IMG/VR virus record: IMGVR_UViG_3300035520_001860
Coordinates: 69,587 to 133,586 of that record
Strand: one strand, 5' to 3'
DNA length: 64,000 nucleotides
DNA from: a virus
Taxonomy: Duplodnaviria > Caudoviricetes
The notes beneath the pieces were generated by a model. The model was not told the origin of the DNA. It was given only the letters and a program-made list of their open reading frames with translations, and made no database searches. Positions 20,285 through 30,606 of this stretch are shown here, in pieces (positions within the stretch are counted from its first letter, which is position 1; every line of letters begins with the position of its first letter). Made by a program: the position numbers and the translations under genes.

Positions 20285-20479
20285 ATGATTATTCAAGTAA
20301 TGAAAAAAGGGAAGACCGAGGGATATGTTAAAAGCATAAATTATAATGCATGTGAGACAAAACTTACTGATGATAAGTCAAATGCTAAGAAATATTCAAG
20401 TGAAGACAAAGTGCATTATGATATAGACTTTTTGTCAAAGGTTTATGGCAATAGTGAATATGTTTTTATTTATGAATAA
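20285..20479 (+). CDS. Small hypothetical protein
   Basis: Co-oriented ORF with GAGG upstream. Confidence 0.5.
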   Translation: MIIQVMKKGKTEGYVKSINYNACETKLTDDKSNAKKYSSEDKVHYDIDFLSKVYGNSEYVFIYE

Positions 20480-20502
20480 TTAGAAAGGTAGGAAACAGAA
20501 AA

Positions 20503-21660
20503 ATGGCTGAGACATTAAATATGAGAGAAGCTAGTGTAAAAGAGATAACAAACTTTATAAAAGATTTGTTTAACATGGAGATTTATGATCCAGTAATAAT
20601 TCTTGGTAAGATGGGCATGGGAAAAACAGCATCCTTAAAAGAACTTGCTAAAGAGCTTGGGATTGGATATTGCGAGCTTAGATTAGTAAATATGACAGAG
20701 ACTGATATGCTCGGAATCCCGACTATTAGTAGTACAGGCACTACAACTTATGCTAGTAACGATTTACTCCCAATAGAAACTAGAGATGGTGAACGTGGAA
20801 TTTTAGCATTAGACGAAATTACTTCTTGTTCAGCAGTAATGAGAGCAGCAGCTTATCAGTTACTTGATGGACAGAGAGCTTTAGGTAACTACAAACTTCC
20901 AGAGAAGTGGATATGTGTTGGACTTGGTAATGGACCAGATGATGGTGGTGTGTTCAATGGTGCTGAGGCAGCTTTATTTACAAGATGTTACGGATTTAGA
21001 GTAGCATTAAGTCTTGAAGCTTGGAAGTCATGGGCACTTAAGAATAACATTAATCCTTCTGTTACTGCTTATCTATCATATGCACCTGACAAGTTACATG
21101 TTTATAATCCAGATGAACTTGATGGATTATGCCCAACACCTCGTACTTGGGAGAAATTAAGTAAGTTACTTAACGCGAAAGAGAAATACAATAATGGTGA
21201 GCCTGTTCCAACAGACGTAGCAGAGTTCTTAGCATCAGCATCTATTGGAACTAAGGAAGCTGGATTCTTCTCTGGATTCTACGAGTATAACTTAAAGAAG
21301 GAAGTATTAAATGTTACAGATATACTTGATGGAAAAGCAGATGGTAGAAAAGTTGGAGCAAATGAGCCTCAGATAGTTTACATAGCTATAGAATCTATGG
21401 TTAAGAAACTTAATGAAGAGATTGAAAGCTCTAAGAGTAAAACAGGTAAAGTTTCTGGCGAAGTGATGAAAAGATTAGGAAATGCAGTAAACTGGTTAAT
21501 AGCTGCTTCTAATACTAAGTTAGACTACGGTGTAATGGGACTTAGAGACTTAGCATCTGGTATTGATTCATTCATTGAACTTACATGTACAAATGAGTTT
21601 GATGAAATGTGTCCTGAATTTTTGAAGTTCTCTATTGATAACGGAAATGTAGTATCTTAG
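20503..21660 (+). CDS. MoxR-like AAA+ ATPase (partner of the VWA protein)
   Basis: GKMGMGKT, ELRL...DMLGIP, ILALDEI, GN, ALFTR, PTPRTWE. Confidence 0.85.
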   Translation: MAETLNMREASVKEITNFIKDLFNMEIYDPVIILGKMGMGKTASLKELAKELGIGYCELRLVNMTETDMLGIPTISSTGTTTYASNDLLPIETRDGERGILALDEITSCSAVMRAAAYQLLDGQRALGNYKLPEKWICVGLGNGPDDGGVFNGAEAALFTRCYGFRVALSLEAWKSWALKNNINPSVTAYLSYAPDKLHVYNPDELDGLCPTPRTWEKLSKLLNAKEKYNNGEPVPTDVAEFLASASIGTKEAGFFSGFYEYNLKKEVLNVTDILDGKADGRKVGANEPQIVYIAIESMVKKLNEEIESSKSKTGKVSGEVMKRLGNAVNWLIAASNTKLDYGVMGLRDLASGIDSFIELTCTNEFDEMCPEFLKFSIDNGNVVS

Positions 21661-21671
21661 TTGGAAGGTAG

Positions 21672-22682
21672 GTGAAAGACATGGCTGCACAGCTTGGTAT
21701 AGTTGTAGGTATTGACTCTGATGGAGTAAATTTAGCATACAGAGTACTAGTTGCAACAATAGCTCCTAAGCAGGGAGAAGAAAAACAATTCAACTGGAAG
21801 TTTGATTGTAAGTTAATGTCAGAAGCACAGGTAATACAGTTACTACAGAGAAAAGTTAAGTGGCTAAACATCAAGTTGGAGAACAATAAGATTAAAGGTT
21901 CTAGTGGAGACCTTAAGAGATTTGAAAGTAAGGGAAGTAGGCCTTATGTAATAATATCGCAACTTGTAAACTCTGATGGAAAACTTATAGGATATAAAGT
22001 AGCTGACTATAATGGTGGAGTAAAGAACATTCGTATTAAAGAAGTTATAGCATATGGAGCAAGAGCAACAAAACAGGGTTGTATTCCAGTACAAAATGCA
22101 ATATTTGTTCCAGCAACTAAAGATTCAGATGGAACAGTGAAGTCAGCACACTACAAATCATATCCTGGATGTAACTTCATTGAAGAAAGAATAGTTGTAA
22201 ATAGAAACACAGATGCAGATACAAGAAGAGTTAGCACAAATAAAAACGAAAAAACTCTTAACAAACTTGAAGAGATATACACTAAGGAACAGATTGAACA
22301 GCTTAAAATTGGTAAGAAAAATGGTGTAGATATAAGAATATATGCAAACCCAGCTCTATCAGCAGAACAGATGGCAGCATTAAGAAATGGTTTACAACAA
22401 AAGGTAAATGTAAGACCATTTGCATTTCCTGAATACACAGTTGAGTGCATGAAGTACTACACGATGGAAGCTAAATACGGTATGGATATAAGAAAGTATC
22501 TTAGTCCAAAGTACTCAATAGCACAGATTGCAGAGTTATCAATAGCTGTAAATGAAGGACTTGATGTTTCAAAAATGTCAGACCCAAGTTTATCTGTTAG
22601 AAAAATGCAAGAAAGAAGAATACGTCTTGAAAATGGAGTATTCCATGAGATTGATGTAAACATGGACGGCAGTTGGATTTAG
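21672..22682 (+). CDS. Hypothetical protein with C-terminal helical repeats
   Basis: Repeats of Q(I/M)..L..G...GVD(I/V)..YA.P. Confidence 0.7.
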   Translation: MKDMAAQLGIVVGIDSDGVNLAYRVLVATIAPKQGEEKQFNWKFDCKLMSEAQVIQLLQRKVKWLNIKLENNKIKGSSGDLKRFESKGSRPYVIISQLVNSDGKLIGYKVADYNGGVKNIRIKEVIAYGARATKQGCIPVQNAIFVPATKDSDGTVKSAHYKSYPGCNFIEERIVVNRNTDADTRRVSTNKNEKTLNKLEEIYTKEQIEQLKIGKKNGVDIRIYANPALSAEQMAALRNGLQQKVNVRPFAFPEYTVECMKYYTMEAKYGMDIRKYLSPKYSIAQIAELSIAVNEGLDVSKMSDPSLSVRKMQERRIRLENGVFHEIDVNMDGSWI

Positions 22683-22699
22683 TAAGGGAATATTAAAAT

Positions 22700-22909
22700 A
22701 TGGTAGACAATGCATATAAAATACAACAGTTACAGTATGAAATAAATGCAATACATAATGAATATATGCACAACTGCGACCTCTATATTGAAGGATATGC
22801 TGGAGGTTCCAAGTTTAACAGATATCAGAATAGACTTCAGCGAGAGATAGAAAAGAGAAAAATAAGAATTTCAAAGTTGGAGCATAAAATGTTAAAAATT
22901 AGACAGTAG
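22700..22909 (+). CDS. Small hypothetical protein
   Basis: Co-oriented ORF with AAGGGA RBS. Confidence 0.55.
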   Translation: MVDNAYKIQQLQYEINAIHNEYMHNCDLYIEGYAGGSKFNRYQNRLQREIEKRKIRISKLEHKMLKIRQ

Positions 22910-23037
22910 TTGGATTTGAACTACAAAAGATATAACGTTACTATATAAAATAAATCCAAAAGTAAAAAGTTGGATTTATTTTATTTCTACATATTTCATA
23001 CAGAAGTGATTATTTTCAAAATAATTATAAAAATTTG

Positions 23038-23066
23038 TTGACAAAATTTTTATAATGTGATATTAT
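23038..23066 (+). promoter_or_regulatory. sigmaA promoter of the smpB operon
   Basis: TTGACA-17-TATTAT with extended TG. Confidence 0.75.
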
Positions 23067-23217
23067 GAATTTGTAAGAAAGAAAGGAATTTTTGTAATTA
23101 TGAGAAATCACTACATGAAGGATATCCTAGAGTAAGGGATGGGTGCTTAGCTTAGTGCAGGTACCCGTCTTTGAAAAAGGATATTTCTTTCTGTTAAGAT
23201 TAGGGAGGACAGTTAAA

Positions 23218-23442
23218 ATGAGAAGAACAATTAAGAGTGTTGTGGAAGAAGCTAATGTAAACATTGAGAGATTGATTGAGTCTCTCTTGGAAAGAGAAAG
23301 AGTGGTCATTGGTGGTACATGCATTGACCCAGAATCACAGTATAGAAACAGTTGTATTCATGATTGTAACAAGTGTAGAAATACATATTTTGAGAAGAGA
23401 AAAGATCAGCTTCGCAATAGTTACTATTTAAAAACAGAATAA
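23218..23442 (+). CDS. Small Cys-containing hypothetical protein
   Basis: GGGAGG RBS before the ATG at 23218. Confidence 0.55.
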   Translation: MRRTIKSVVEEANVNIERLIESLLERERVVIGGTCIDPESQYRNSCIHDCNKCRNTYFEKRKDQLRNSYYLKTE

Positions 23443-23482
23443 CAAAACAGAGTTACCTTAAAACATTCGGAGGAACAAATAA

Positions 23483-23956
23483 ATGACAAACAAAGACGCA
23501 AAGAAAAGTAATATTTGCATCGAAAATAAAAAAGCACGCTATGATTATTTCATAGAAGATACACTGGAGTGCGGAATTGAACTTAGAGGTAATGAGATTA
23601 AGTCCATCAGGGATGGTTCTGCAAGTATTAAAGAAGCATGGGTGTCAATTGACAACGGACAATTGACAATTAAGCAGATGCATATTACTCCATGGAGAAC
23701 AGCAAATAGTTTTGATGTAGATGAAAACAGAAACAGAAGATTACTTGCTCATAGAAAGCAGATATCAGATTTTGAAAGAAAGATACAGAGGGATGGATAC
23801 ACACTTGTTCCATTAAAGGTTTATATCAACAGTGATGGTCGTTGTAAAGTAATTGTAGGTTTAGCTAAAGGCAAGCATGATTATGACAAGAGACAGACAG
23901 AAAAAGATAAACAAGCAAAGAGAGATATAGATAGAGCACTTAAATCACGGAGATAA
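23483..23956 (+). CDS. smpB: SsrA-binding protein SmpB
   Basis: NKKARYDYFIEDTLECGIELRGNEIKSIR, RRLLAH, GYTLVPLKVY, GLAKGKHDYDKR. Confidence 0.96.
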   Translation: MTNKDAKKSNICIENKKARYDYFIEDTLECGIELRGNEIKSIRDGSASIKEAWVSIDNGQLTIKQMHITPWRTANSFDVDENRNRRLLAHRKQISDFERKIQRDGYTLVPLKVYINSDGRCKVIVGLAKGKHDYDKRQTEKDKQAKRDIDRALKSRR

Positions 23957-23977
23957 GTATAAATCTGGAGGAAACTA

Positions 23978-24475
23978 ATGAGCAAAATCATATATCATAA
24001 GGCTGGTGACAATTTAAAATATAAGGCAGCAATGCTAGGTATGAGTATGGATCAGGTTATTGAACAGCTTAACAACATATATCGTGGTGAAGTAACATTC
24101 TGTAAACGTGTAACATCAGACTTTAATGAAAGTACAGGAAACTGGGAAGATGTTGAAGGGATACAAGTAGCATCCATTGATTCACCAGACGCAGTTAAAC
24201 TTGTTATACCTGATGTAGATAACTTATATTTTAAGGAGTTACTTGGATATGATTGTATGAATAAATTGGCATCAGTTGAGCTGCCTAGAGGATTGAAAAC
24301 AATAGACATTAGCAGATTGGACTGGTTAGATTTAATAGACAGATTATTTGTGTATGAAAGCACAGAGTTGAAGAACATAAACAGAACATCAACTTGGAGA
24401 AACAAAGAGATTGATTTGATAGTTAAACCTTTGGATAGCAGTAAGAAAGGGAAACTGTATCACTTATCTTTATAG
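23978..24475 (+). CDS. Hypothetical protein
   Basis: GGAGG RBS; LASVELPRGLKTI resembles one LRR-like unit. Confidence 0.6.
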   Translation: MSKIIYHKAGDNLKYKAAMLGMSMDQVIEQLNNIYRGEVTFCKRVTSDFNESTGNWEDVEGIQVASIDSPDAVKLVIPDVDNLYFKELLGYDCMNKLASVELPRGLKTIDISRLDWLDLIDRLFVYESTELKNINRTSTWRNKEIDLIVKPLDSSKKGKLYHLSL

Positions 24476-24487
24476 AATTATACAATA

Positions 24488-24521
24488 GTGTGATGAATTC
24501 ATTTCATCACACTTATTTTTT
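24488..24521 (+). terminator. Intrinsic terminator
   Basis: agtgtgatgaa/ttcatcacact stem followed by a T run. Confidence 0.7.
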
Positions 24522-24650
24522 ACATAAAATTTACAATAGTATAACAGATACAAAACAGAGATACAGCTAATAATTAAGAGTAAACATATTTTTATACTTA
24601 TAGTATATTTTTATTCAAAAAATTTTAATTATTAGCGGAGGTAAAAAGGC

Positions 24651-24848
24651 ATGTCAAAGATAAGAGTGGACATAGACGAACTTAGTGATAAGCTAAACGA
24701 AATGAAAGAAGACGACTATGTTACAGCTGAACTAGAAATAGTGTTTGACGATTACTCAAGTGAACTGAAATTATCAGCAGTATCATTTGAGGATGAAGAG
24801 CCTATTGAGTATGGCACTATTTGTGAAGCAGATGATGAATTATTATAA
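24651..24848 (+). CDS. Small acidic hypothetical protein
   Basis: GGAGG RBS; 65 aa, D/E-rich. Confidence 0.65.
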   Translation: MSKIRVDIDELSDKLNEMKEDDYVTAELEIVFDDYSSELKLSAVSFEDEEPIEYGTICEADDELL

Positions 24849-25097
24849 CATTGATATGTAACCTACATTATTGTAATATTTAATACAATCGACATAAGTT
24901 AACTATAAATAATGAAAATCATAGTATACATTATATAAATGTAAAATATTAAGTGTGTACTATTTTATATACATATTACAATCATTGTACTGCATAACAT
25001 GATGCATAATATTGGATGCATATAAATTTAAAAACTTTTGAAAATTTGAGTATCAATATAGCATAGTTAGGTTAGTAAGCATGGAAGATTATTAGGG

Positions 25098-25952
25098 ATG
25101 ACAGTATTATTTACTATAATAGAAATTGTAATAAAAATAGCAATAGCATATGTAATACATCTTGGCATTAAAAAAGCTTTTCATACAATAGGGGCTGAGA
25201 CTAAGATACATATGAGATTTTTTAAGAATATATTGGTAGCAATAGTATGGACAATAGCAACTGTATCAGTAGCATCACAATTTGAAACATTTTCAAATTT
25301 AGCTAGTACTGTACTAGCTGGTTCTGGTATAGTAGCAATTGTTTTAGGTTTAGCAGCACAGCAGTCATTTGCTAATATATTCAGTGGTTTAATGATATCA
25401 ATATTTAAACCATTTAACATAGGAGATAGAATTACTATCGTTGGACAAGATAAGACAGGTTTTGTAGAAGATATAACACTTAGACATACTGTTATAAGAA
25501 CATATACAAATGTGAGAGTAATCGTTCCAAATTCTGTAATGGATGGTGCTTGTATAGAAAACAGCAGTTATACAAAAGGGGCATCATATCCAATAGATGT
25601 TACAATAGCTTATGAAGACAGAGATAAAAGATATAGAGCAATGGAAATACTTGAGGAAATAGTAGTAAACCATCCAATGTTCTTTGATACAAGAACAGAG
25701 GAGCAGAAAGCAGAGAACATTAAACCAGTTACAGCAACATGTACAGGATTTGGAAGCTCAGGAATAAATTTAAGAGTGCTCATGTGGACAGAAGATGTTG
25801 TAGATAATAATAAGGCGTGCAGTGATTGTAGAGTACAAATATTAGATAGATTTGAAGCAGAGGGGATAGAAATACCTTATGATAAATTAACATTGGTGCC
25901 ATTACAAACAGAAAATAGTACTACGGTTATTTTAAATAAAGACACTGACTAG
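25098..25952 (+). CDS. mscS: Small-conductance mechanosensitive channel (MscS family)
   Basis: Three TM segments, GLAAQQSFANIFSG, KPFNIGDRI, GFVEDITLRHT, VPNS, GIEIPY. Confidence 0.9.
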   Translation: MTVLFTIIEIVIKIAIAYVIHLGIKKAFHTIGAETKIHMRFFKNILVAIVWTIATVSVASQFETFSNLASTVLAGSGIVAIVLGLAAQQSFANIFSGLMISIFKPFNIGDRITIVGQDKTGFVEDITLRHTVIRTYTNVRVIVPNSVMDGACIENSSYTKGASYPIDVTIAYEDRDKRYRAMEILEEIVVNHPMFFDTRTEEQKAENIKPVTATCTGFGSSGINLRVLMWTEDVVDNNKACSDCRVQILDRFEAEGIEIPYDKLTLVPLQTENSTTVILNKDTD

Positions 25953-25965
25953 GAGGAGTAATAGC

Positions 25966-26502
25966 ATGGACTCAACAGAACAAAATGTAAATCAGCAGGA
26001 AAACACAGTAGATAGTGAAAATAACATAAATTTATCAAAGCAACCAGGACCAGACTTAACAAAACATGATACATCATCTGAACAAAATAATTTTAGTCAA
26101 CAGAATGTATATCAACAACAGCAAGGACAGTACCAACAGCAGTATCAGTACCAACAGCAACCACAACAGAATATGTATCAGCAGAATCAATATCAACAGC
26201 AACCATATAATTCTGATATAGTAACACCTGATAAATTAACACTTGAACCTGCAATAGCATGTTTATTAAGTGTATTTGTTGCTGGGCTTGGACAAATGAT
26301 TAATGGGCAAATAGAAAAAGGATTAATTATTTTACTTGGTGGTATGGCAATAATATTTGTAGTAACACTTGTAACATGTGGAATAGGAGCATTACTATCT
26401 CCAGTATTAATTGCTTTTTCAGCAATAGATGCTTATAAGTGTGCACAGAGATTACAGAATGGACAATGTTTAGGTAAGTATGAGTTTCATATATTTGATT
26501 AA
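25966..26502 (+). CDS. Q/Y-rich N-terminus + TM2-like membrane domain
   Basis: QQQYQ low-complexity region; ACLLSVFVAGLGQMINGQIEKG. Confidence 0.7.
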   Translation: MDSTEQNVNQQENTVDSENNINLSKQPGPDLTKHDTSSEQNNFSQQNVYQQQQGQYQQQYQYQQQPQQNMYQQNQYQQQPYNSDIVTPDKLTLEPAIACLLSVFVAGLGQMINGQIEKGLIILLGGMAIIFVVTLVTCGIGALLSPVLIAFSAIDAYKCAQRLQNGQCLGKYEFHIFD

Positions 26503-26528
26503 AGCATAAATAAAATAATATAGCAATG

Positions 26529-26562
26529 ATGCTAACTATAAGACCTTATAGTTAGCATTTTT
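26529..26562 (+). terminator. Intrinsic terminator
   Basis: atgctaactataa/ttatagttagcat stem followed by a T run. Confidence 0.7.
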
Positions 26563-26609
26563 GTATAGTAGGTATGTTTTTTAAATTTTATTTTTTGCGA
26601 GGTAAAATA

Positions 26610-28859
26610 ATGGATAATAAACAGATTCAATTTGTCAGGATTGTAAATTTTGATGATGCAGCAAACAAAGTAATGAATCGTGCTATGCAACATGCAGCAT
26701 CTGAGTATTGTGGTGTATTCAACTCAGTTCATATCTTTTTAGCATTCATTGAAAAGACGAAAATTGGAGATGATATACTTAAATACTTTGAAACATCATT
26801 TGATATGTTTTATGAATCATATCAGCTAATGGTATCAGACGGAGAGTTTGGAAAGATTGATGAGAATGATCTAAGTCATATCTATAATTTTGATTTAACA
26901 TCTAAGGAACTTTATTCAGTATTAGCAGCTTTGACAACAAGCTCTGCATTAAAGGGAAAACAGGTAACAGAGACAACATTATTCAATGCAATACTTGATG
27001 CTAAAGAGGACTGCCTGTTAAGATATCTTGATAACATTGGATTATCAATAGACGATATTAGAGAGTTCAAAACTCAGAGATTTGATATTCCAGAGCAGTT
27101 AAAGTCTTTTGTAGTTGATATGAACTCTGAAGATAAGAAAAATGCAGAAGTACTTGATAACACAAAAGAGTATACAGATGAAATGATTGAAGTACTTTCA
27201 AGAAAGCTTGAAGCAAACCCATGCTTAGTTGGTGAAGCTGGTGTTGGTAAAACAACACTTGTAAGAGCATTAGTACAGCGAATTGTTAGTGGTGATGTAC
27301 CAGAGAGTTTAAAGAATACACATATCATTTATATTAACAGCTCATTGTTAACATCTGGAACAATGTACAGAGGCATGTTTGAGGAAAGAATGCAGAAACT
27401 TTTCGAGTGGGCATCTAACAGTAATATTATTCTTTTCTTAGACGAGATTCATACATTCATAAATCTTGGTGGTGGAGGTAATGAAGCTAGTACAGCAGGT
27501 AATATGATTAAGAAATACCTGTCAGATGGTGACATCAAGATTATAGGAGCAACTACTTTAAAGGAGTATCATAAGTATATTGAGTCTGACTCAGCATTCA
27601 ATAGAAGACTTCAGTCTATTGATGTAAAGGAACCTTCTGTTGAAGTTGCTAAAACAATGTTAAAGAATACTATATCTACTTATGAGGAGTTTCATAAAGT
27701 TAAGGTTTCAGAAGAAAGTCTTAACTTAGCAGTTGAACTTTCTGACAGATATATGAAAGATAAGTTTTTACCTGCAAAGGCATATAAAGTGATTGATCAG
27801 GCAGCTACATCAGTTAAACTTGCAGGAAAAGAAGAAGTACTTCCAGAAAACATCTTTGCAACAGTATCTAAAATTACTGGTATTGATGTTAATAAACTAT
27901 CTAAGTCTGAGCTTAAACAGTTGCTTAATTTAGAGAAGGCACTTAATAGTAAGTTGATTGGACAGGAAGAAGCAGTAAAAACAGTAAGTAAAGCAATTAG
28001 ACGTTCAAAAGCTGGTGTACGAGAAGAGAACAAGCCTGTAGCATCGTTCTTGTTTGTCGGACCAACAGGTGTTGGAAAAACTGAGCTTTGCAAATTGTTG
28101 AGTAAAGAAGTAGCAGTTGGTGATGCATCACTTATCAAAGTTGATATGTCAGAGTATTCTGAAAAACATAGTATTAGTAAGATGATTGGTACAGCTCCTG
28201 GATATATAGGATATGGTGAAGGTGGAAACTTAACAGAGAAAGTTAAGCATAATCCTTACAGCATCATATTGTTTGACGAGATTGAAAAAGCTCATCCAGA
28301 AGTATTTAATGTATTTTTGCAGTTACTTGATGAAGGACGCATGACAGATGGTGAAGGAACAACAGTAGACTTTACTAATTGCATTATTGTAATGACTTCA
28401 AATGCAGGATACGGAGCAGAGAAGCTTTATGGTGGAAGAATTGGATTTACTGAATTAAATGATAATACAGTAGATGCTGAAAAGATTGCAATGAATGCTC
28501 TTAAGAGTACATTTAAGCCAGAGTTTCTTAACAGATTGGATAATATAGTAGTGTTTAATAAACTTACTAAAGAACAGTCTAAGAGTATTACAAAATTGTC
28601 TCTTGATAAGTTAAGTGCACGAGTACTAAAAAGTAACAATATAACAATTAAATTCAACAAGTCTGTTATTGATAATATAGCAGAGGCTGGATTTAGTGAT
28701 GAATACGGAGCAAGAAACATCAACAGAGAAATTCAGAATAGACTCGAAGATAATATTGCAGATGCAATATTAAGTGTAGAGATTAAGTCTGGAGATACAG
28801 CAAGTGTTTCAATTAAAAACAATAATGTTATTATTAAGAAAGTTGAAGAGGATAAGTAA
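26610..28859 (+). CDS. clpC: Class I Clp ATPase (ClpA/ClpC-type) with ClpP-docking loop
   Basis: Two AAA modules (GEAGVGKT/FLDEIH; GPTGVGKTE/FDEIEKAH), DMSEY, GRIGF loop, FKPEFLNRLD, YGARN; short middle region. Confidence 0.88.
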   Translation: MDNKQIQFVRIVNFDDAANKVMNRAMQHAASEYCGVFNSVHIFLAFIEKTKIGDDILKYFETSFDMFYESYQLMVSDGEFGKIDENDLSHIYNFDLTSKELYSVLAALTTSSALKGKQVTETTLFNAILDAKEDCLLRYLDNIGLSIDDIREFKTQRFDIPEQLKSFVVDMNSEDKKNAEVLDNTKEYTDEMIEVLSRKLEANPCLVGEAGVGKTTLVRALVQRIVSGDVPESLKNTHIIYINSSLLTSGTMYRGMFEERMQKLFEWASNSNIILFLDEIHTFINLGGGGNEASTAGNMIKKYLSDGDIKIIGATTLKEYHKYIESDSAFNRRLQSIDVKEPSVEVAKTMLKNTISTYEEFHKVKVSEESLNLAVELSDRYMKDKFLPAKAYKVIDQAATSVKLAGKEEVLPENIFATVSKITGIDVNKLSKSELKQLLNLEKALNSKLIGQEEAVKTVSKAIRRSKAGVREENKPVASFLFVGPTGVGKTELCKLLSKEVAVGDASLIKVDMSEYSEKHSISKMIGTAPGYIGYGEGGNLTEKVKHNPYSIILFDEIEKAHPEVFNVFLQLLDEGRMTDGEGTTVDFTNCIIVMTSNAGYGAEKLYGGRIGFTELNDNTVDAEKIAMNALKSTFKPEFLNRLDNIVVFNKLTKEQSKSITKLSLDKLSARVLKSNNITIKFNKSVIDNIAEAGFSDEYGARNINREIQNRLEDNIADAILSVEIKSGDTASVSIKNNNVIIKKVEEDK

Positions 28860-29351
28860 ATGGCACGAATATTGTTATTTGGAGCATACAATGTAAATTA
28901 CATACCTGGTGAAGTTGTTGGTTGGTTACAAGAGTATTCAAGACAAGGCCATGAGTTCTTAACGGGTGATGGGAAGATACTTGATGAAGCATTCCATAAA
29001 ACATTAAGTAGCATAGGTGCTACAAATGTTACAATTTATGCAATGGATAATGCACGAAACAACTTATTTGAGTTTAGAGTGAAGAAGTTTTTAACAAGCT
29101 TTAATTCAGAGAATAAAACAGTAGCAATAAGTGCAGATGACAATAGTATGTTACCTTATGTAATCTGCGACGTAGAAAAAGAACAAGATATACCTTTAAA
29201 CAGAGAGTGGTACGAGTTTAGAGATAAACAACTTATTAGAGATTGTGATATGGCAATCTGTATATGGGATGGAGAGAACAAAACAGCATCTCACATGATA
29301 CAGTTACTTAATATTTATAATAAACCATGCTATACTTTTAAAGTGGGCTAA
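28860..29351 (+). CDS. Hypothetical protein, possibly SLOG superfamily
   Basis: FLTGDG..LD...RDKQLIRDCDMAICIWDG. Confidence 0.55.
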   Translation: MARILLFGAYNVNYIPGEVVGWLQEYSRQGHEFLTGDGKILDEAFHKTLSSIGATNVTIYAMDNARNNLFEFRVKKFLTSFNSENKTVAISADDNSMLPYVICDVEKEQDIPLNREWYEFRDKQLIRDCDMAICIWDGENKTASHMIQLLNIYNKPCYTFKVG

Positions 29352-29371
29352 TTAGTAAGGGAGATATACCA

Positions 29372-30160
29372 ATGGATTTGAATGAATTAGCAATTTCAAC
29401 TATAAGGTCTGAATACATAAGAAAATATTTAACAGATAAAAAACACAAGTTTACTGTCGAAGAACAAGTAGCACTTATTATTCATTCTGATATAAGCATT
29501 GAAGAAAAGGAAAAACTTTTCAAAATGTATGAGCAGACAGAGAATATAAGTGAGTATACATGCAAAGATAAGAAGAGATTCTTAAGAAATATAGAAACAT
29601 TACTTGTAGAGATAAGTGCAATAACAAATGTAGTCAATGGTTACAGTAATTCTGTTCTAGTATGTAATTGCGATGATAAGACTTACTGTACAAATAAGCT
29701 TGAGAGACTTATAGATAAGGTAGAGGACCTAAGTGAGTATGTAATAAACATTAATTCATTGAATACATGTGAATCCATTGGGTATATTAAAATTAATGCT
29801 GACAACAGTATAATTGATTATAGTATAGTTGATTATGAGAACAATGAACTAAAGAAACAGTATGTGCATATTCCTAATGAATTGCATATAGGATCAGTGA
29901 TAAAAACAGTTTATGGTGATGAAGAACTTATAATAGTAAGTAATACTGATGCAGCAAGTAACATAGATTGTAAGCTAACTTACGAAGACAGTTCTGTTGT
30001 AGCAATTCCAAAAGAACTATTAGACAGTACTAAAGATTACAAACAGCAGATAGAGAAAATATATATTGACAGGATAAATAATATAGAGAATCCATGTGCA
30101 AAGCAAGACATCATAATGGAAAATTATGTTACTGTATATTTAACAGATTTAACATTATAG
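29372..30160 (+). CDS. Hypothetical protein
   Basis: 262-aa ORF with GGGAG RBS. Confidence 0.65.
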   Translation: MDLNELAISTIRSEYIRKYLTDKKHKFTVEEQVALIIHSDISIEEKEKLFKMYEQTENISEYTCKDKKRFLRNIETLLVEISAITNVVNGYSNSVLVCNCDDKTYCTNKLERLIDKVEDLSEYVININSLNTCESIGYIKINADNSIIDYSIVDYENNELKKQYVHIPNELHIGSVIKTVYGDEELIIVSNTDAASNIDCKLTYEDSSVVAIPKELLDSTKDYKQQIEKIYIDRINNIENPCAKQDIIMENYVTVYLTDLTL

Positions 30161-30212
30161 TGTTAATGTAACAAATAAATTGATAAATTTCAAAAATATG
30201 TAATAATAGATA

Positions 30213-30337
30213 TTGACAAAAATATAATATTGTAGTAGAATATAAGAGTAGTAAGGAATTGGGAAATTTGTCAGTTAAATATTTTTCAAAAAATATTGAA
30301 AAAAGTAGTTGACAAAGAGTTCTTAAAGTGATATTAT
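30213..30337 (+). promoter_or_regulatory. Tandem sigmaA promoters driving the RNA-gene region
   Basis: TTGACA-17-TAGAAT (30213-41) and TTGACA-17-TATTAT (30309-37). Confidence 0.75.
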
Positions 30338-30531
30338 ATAAGAGTGATAAAGATAAAAGTTTTGAAATTTATTCTTAGGACTGATGCAATGTACCTCCAT
30401 GAAAATGGTGCTTACTGAGTATAATAAACGAAAGTTTATAAAAGGTGCATCTTAGATGAAAGCAGACCCATATATGCTTCATTGAAAACCTGATATGGAG
30501 TTAGACATGATTGAAATATCATGCACAATAT

Positions 30532-30606
30532 CCCCATCAAGTTTTCTTGGGAAAACACTGTTATGCGCATAACAGAGATGCTAGGTTCGATGCCTAGGGT
30601 GCGGGG
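30532..30606 (+). ncRNA. tRNA-like element with palindromic anticodon arm
   Basis: Acceptor ccccatc, D-like gtttt/aaaac, arm ctgttatgcgcataacag, T arm ctagg-ttcgatg-cctag. Confidence 0.55.

Noticed and set aside
30381-30440. Hammerhead ribozyme (ctgatg...cgaaa)
   Set aside because: The core reads CUGAUGC rather than CUGANGA, and the GAAA is a hairpin tetraloop.
30384-30455. Short ORF MQCTSMKM... as a leader for the Gln/Pro tRNAs
   Set aside because: No Gln/Pro enrichment and no copy of the conserved hairpin, so this cluster lacks the cassette.
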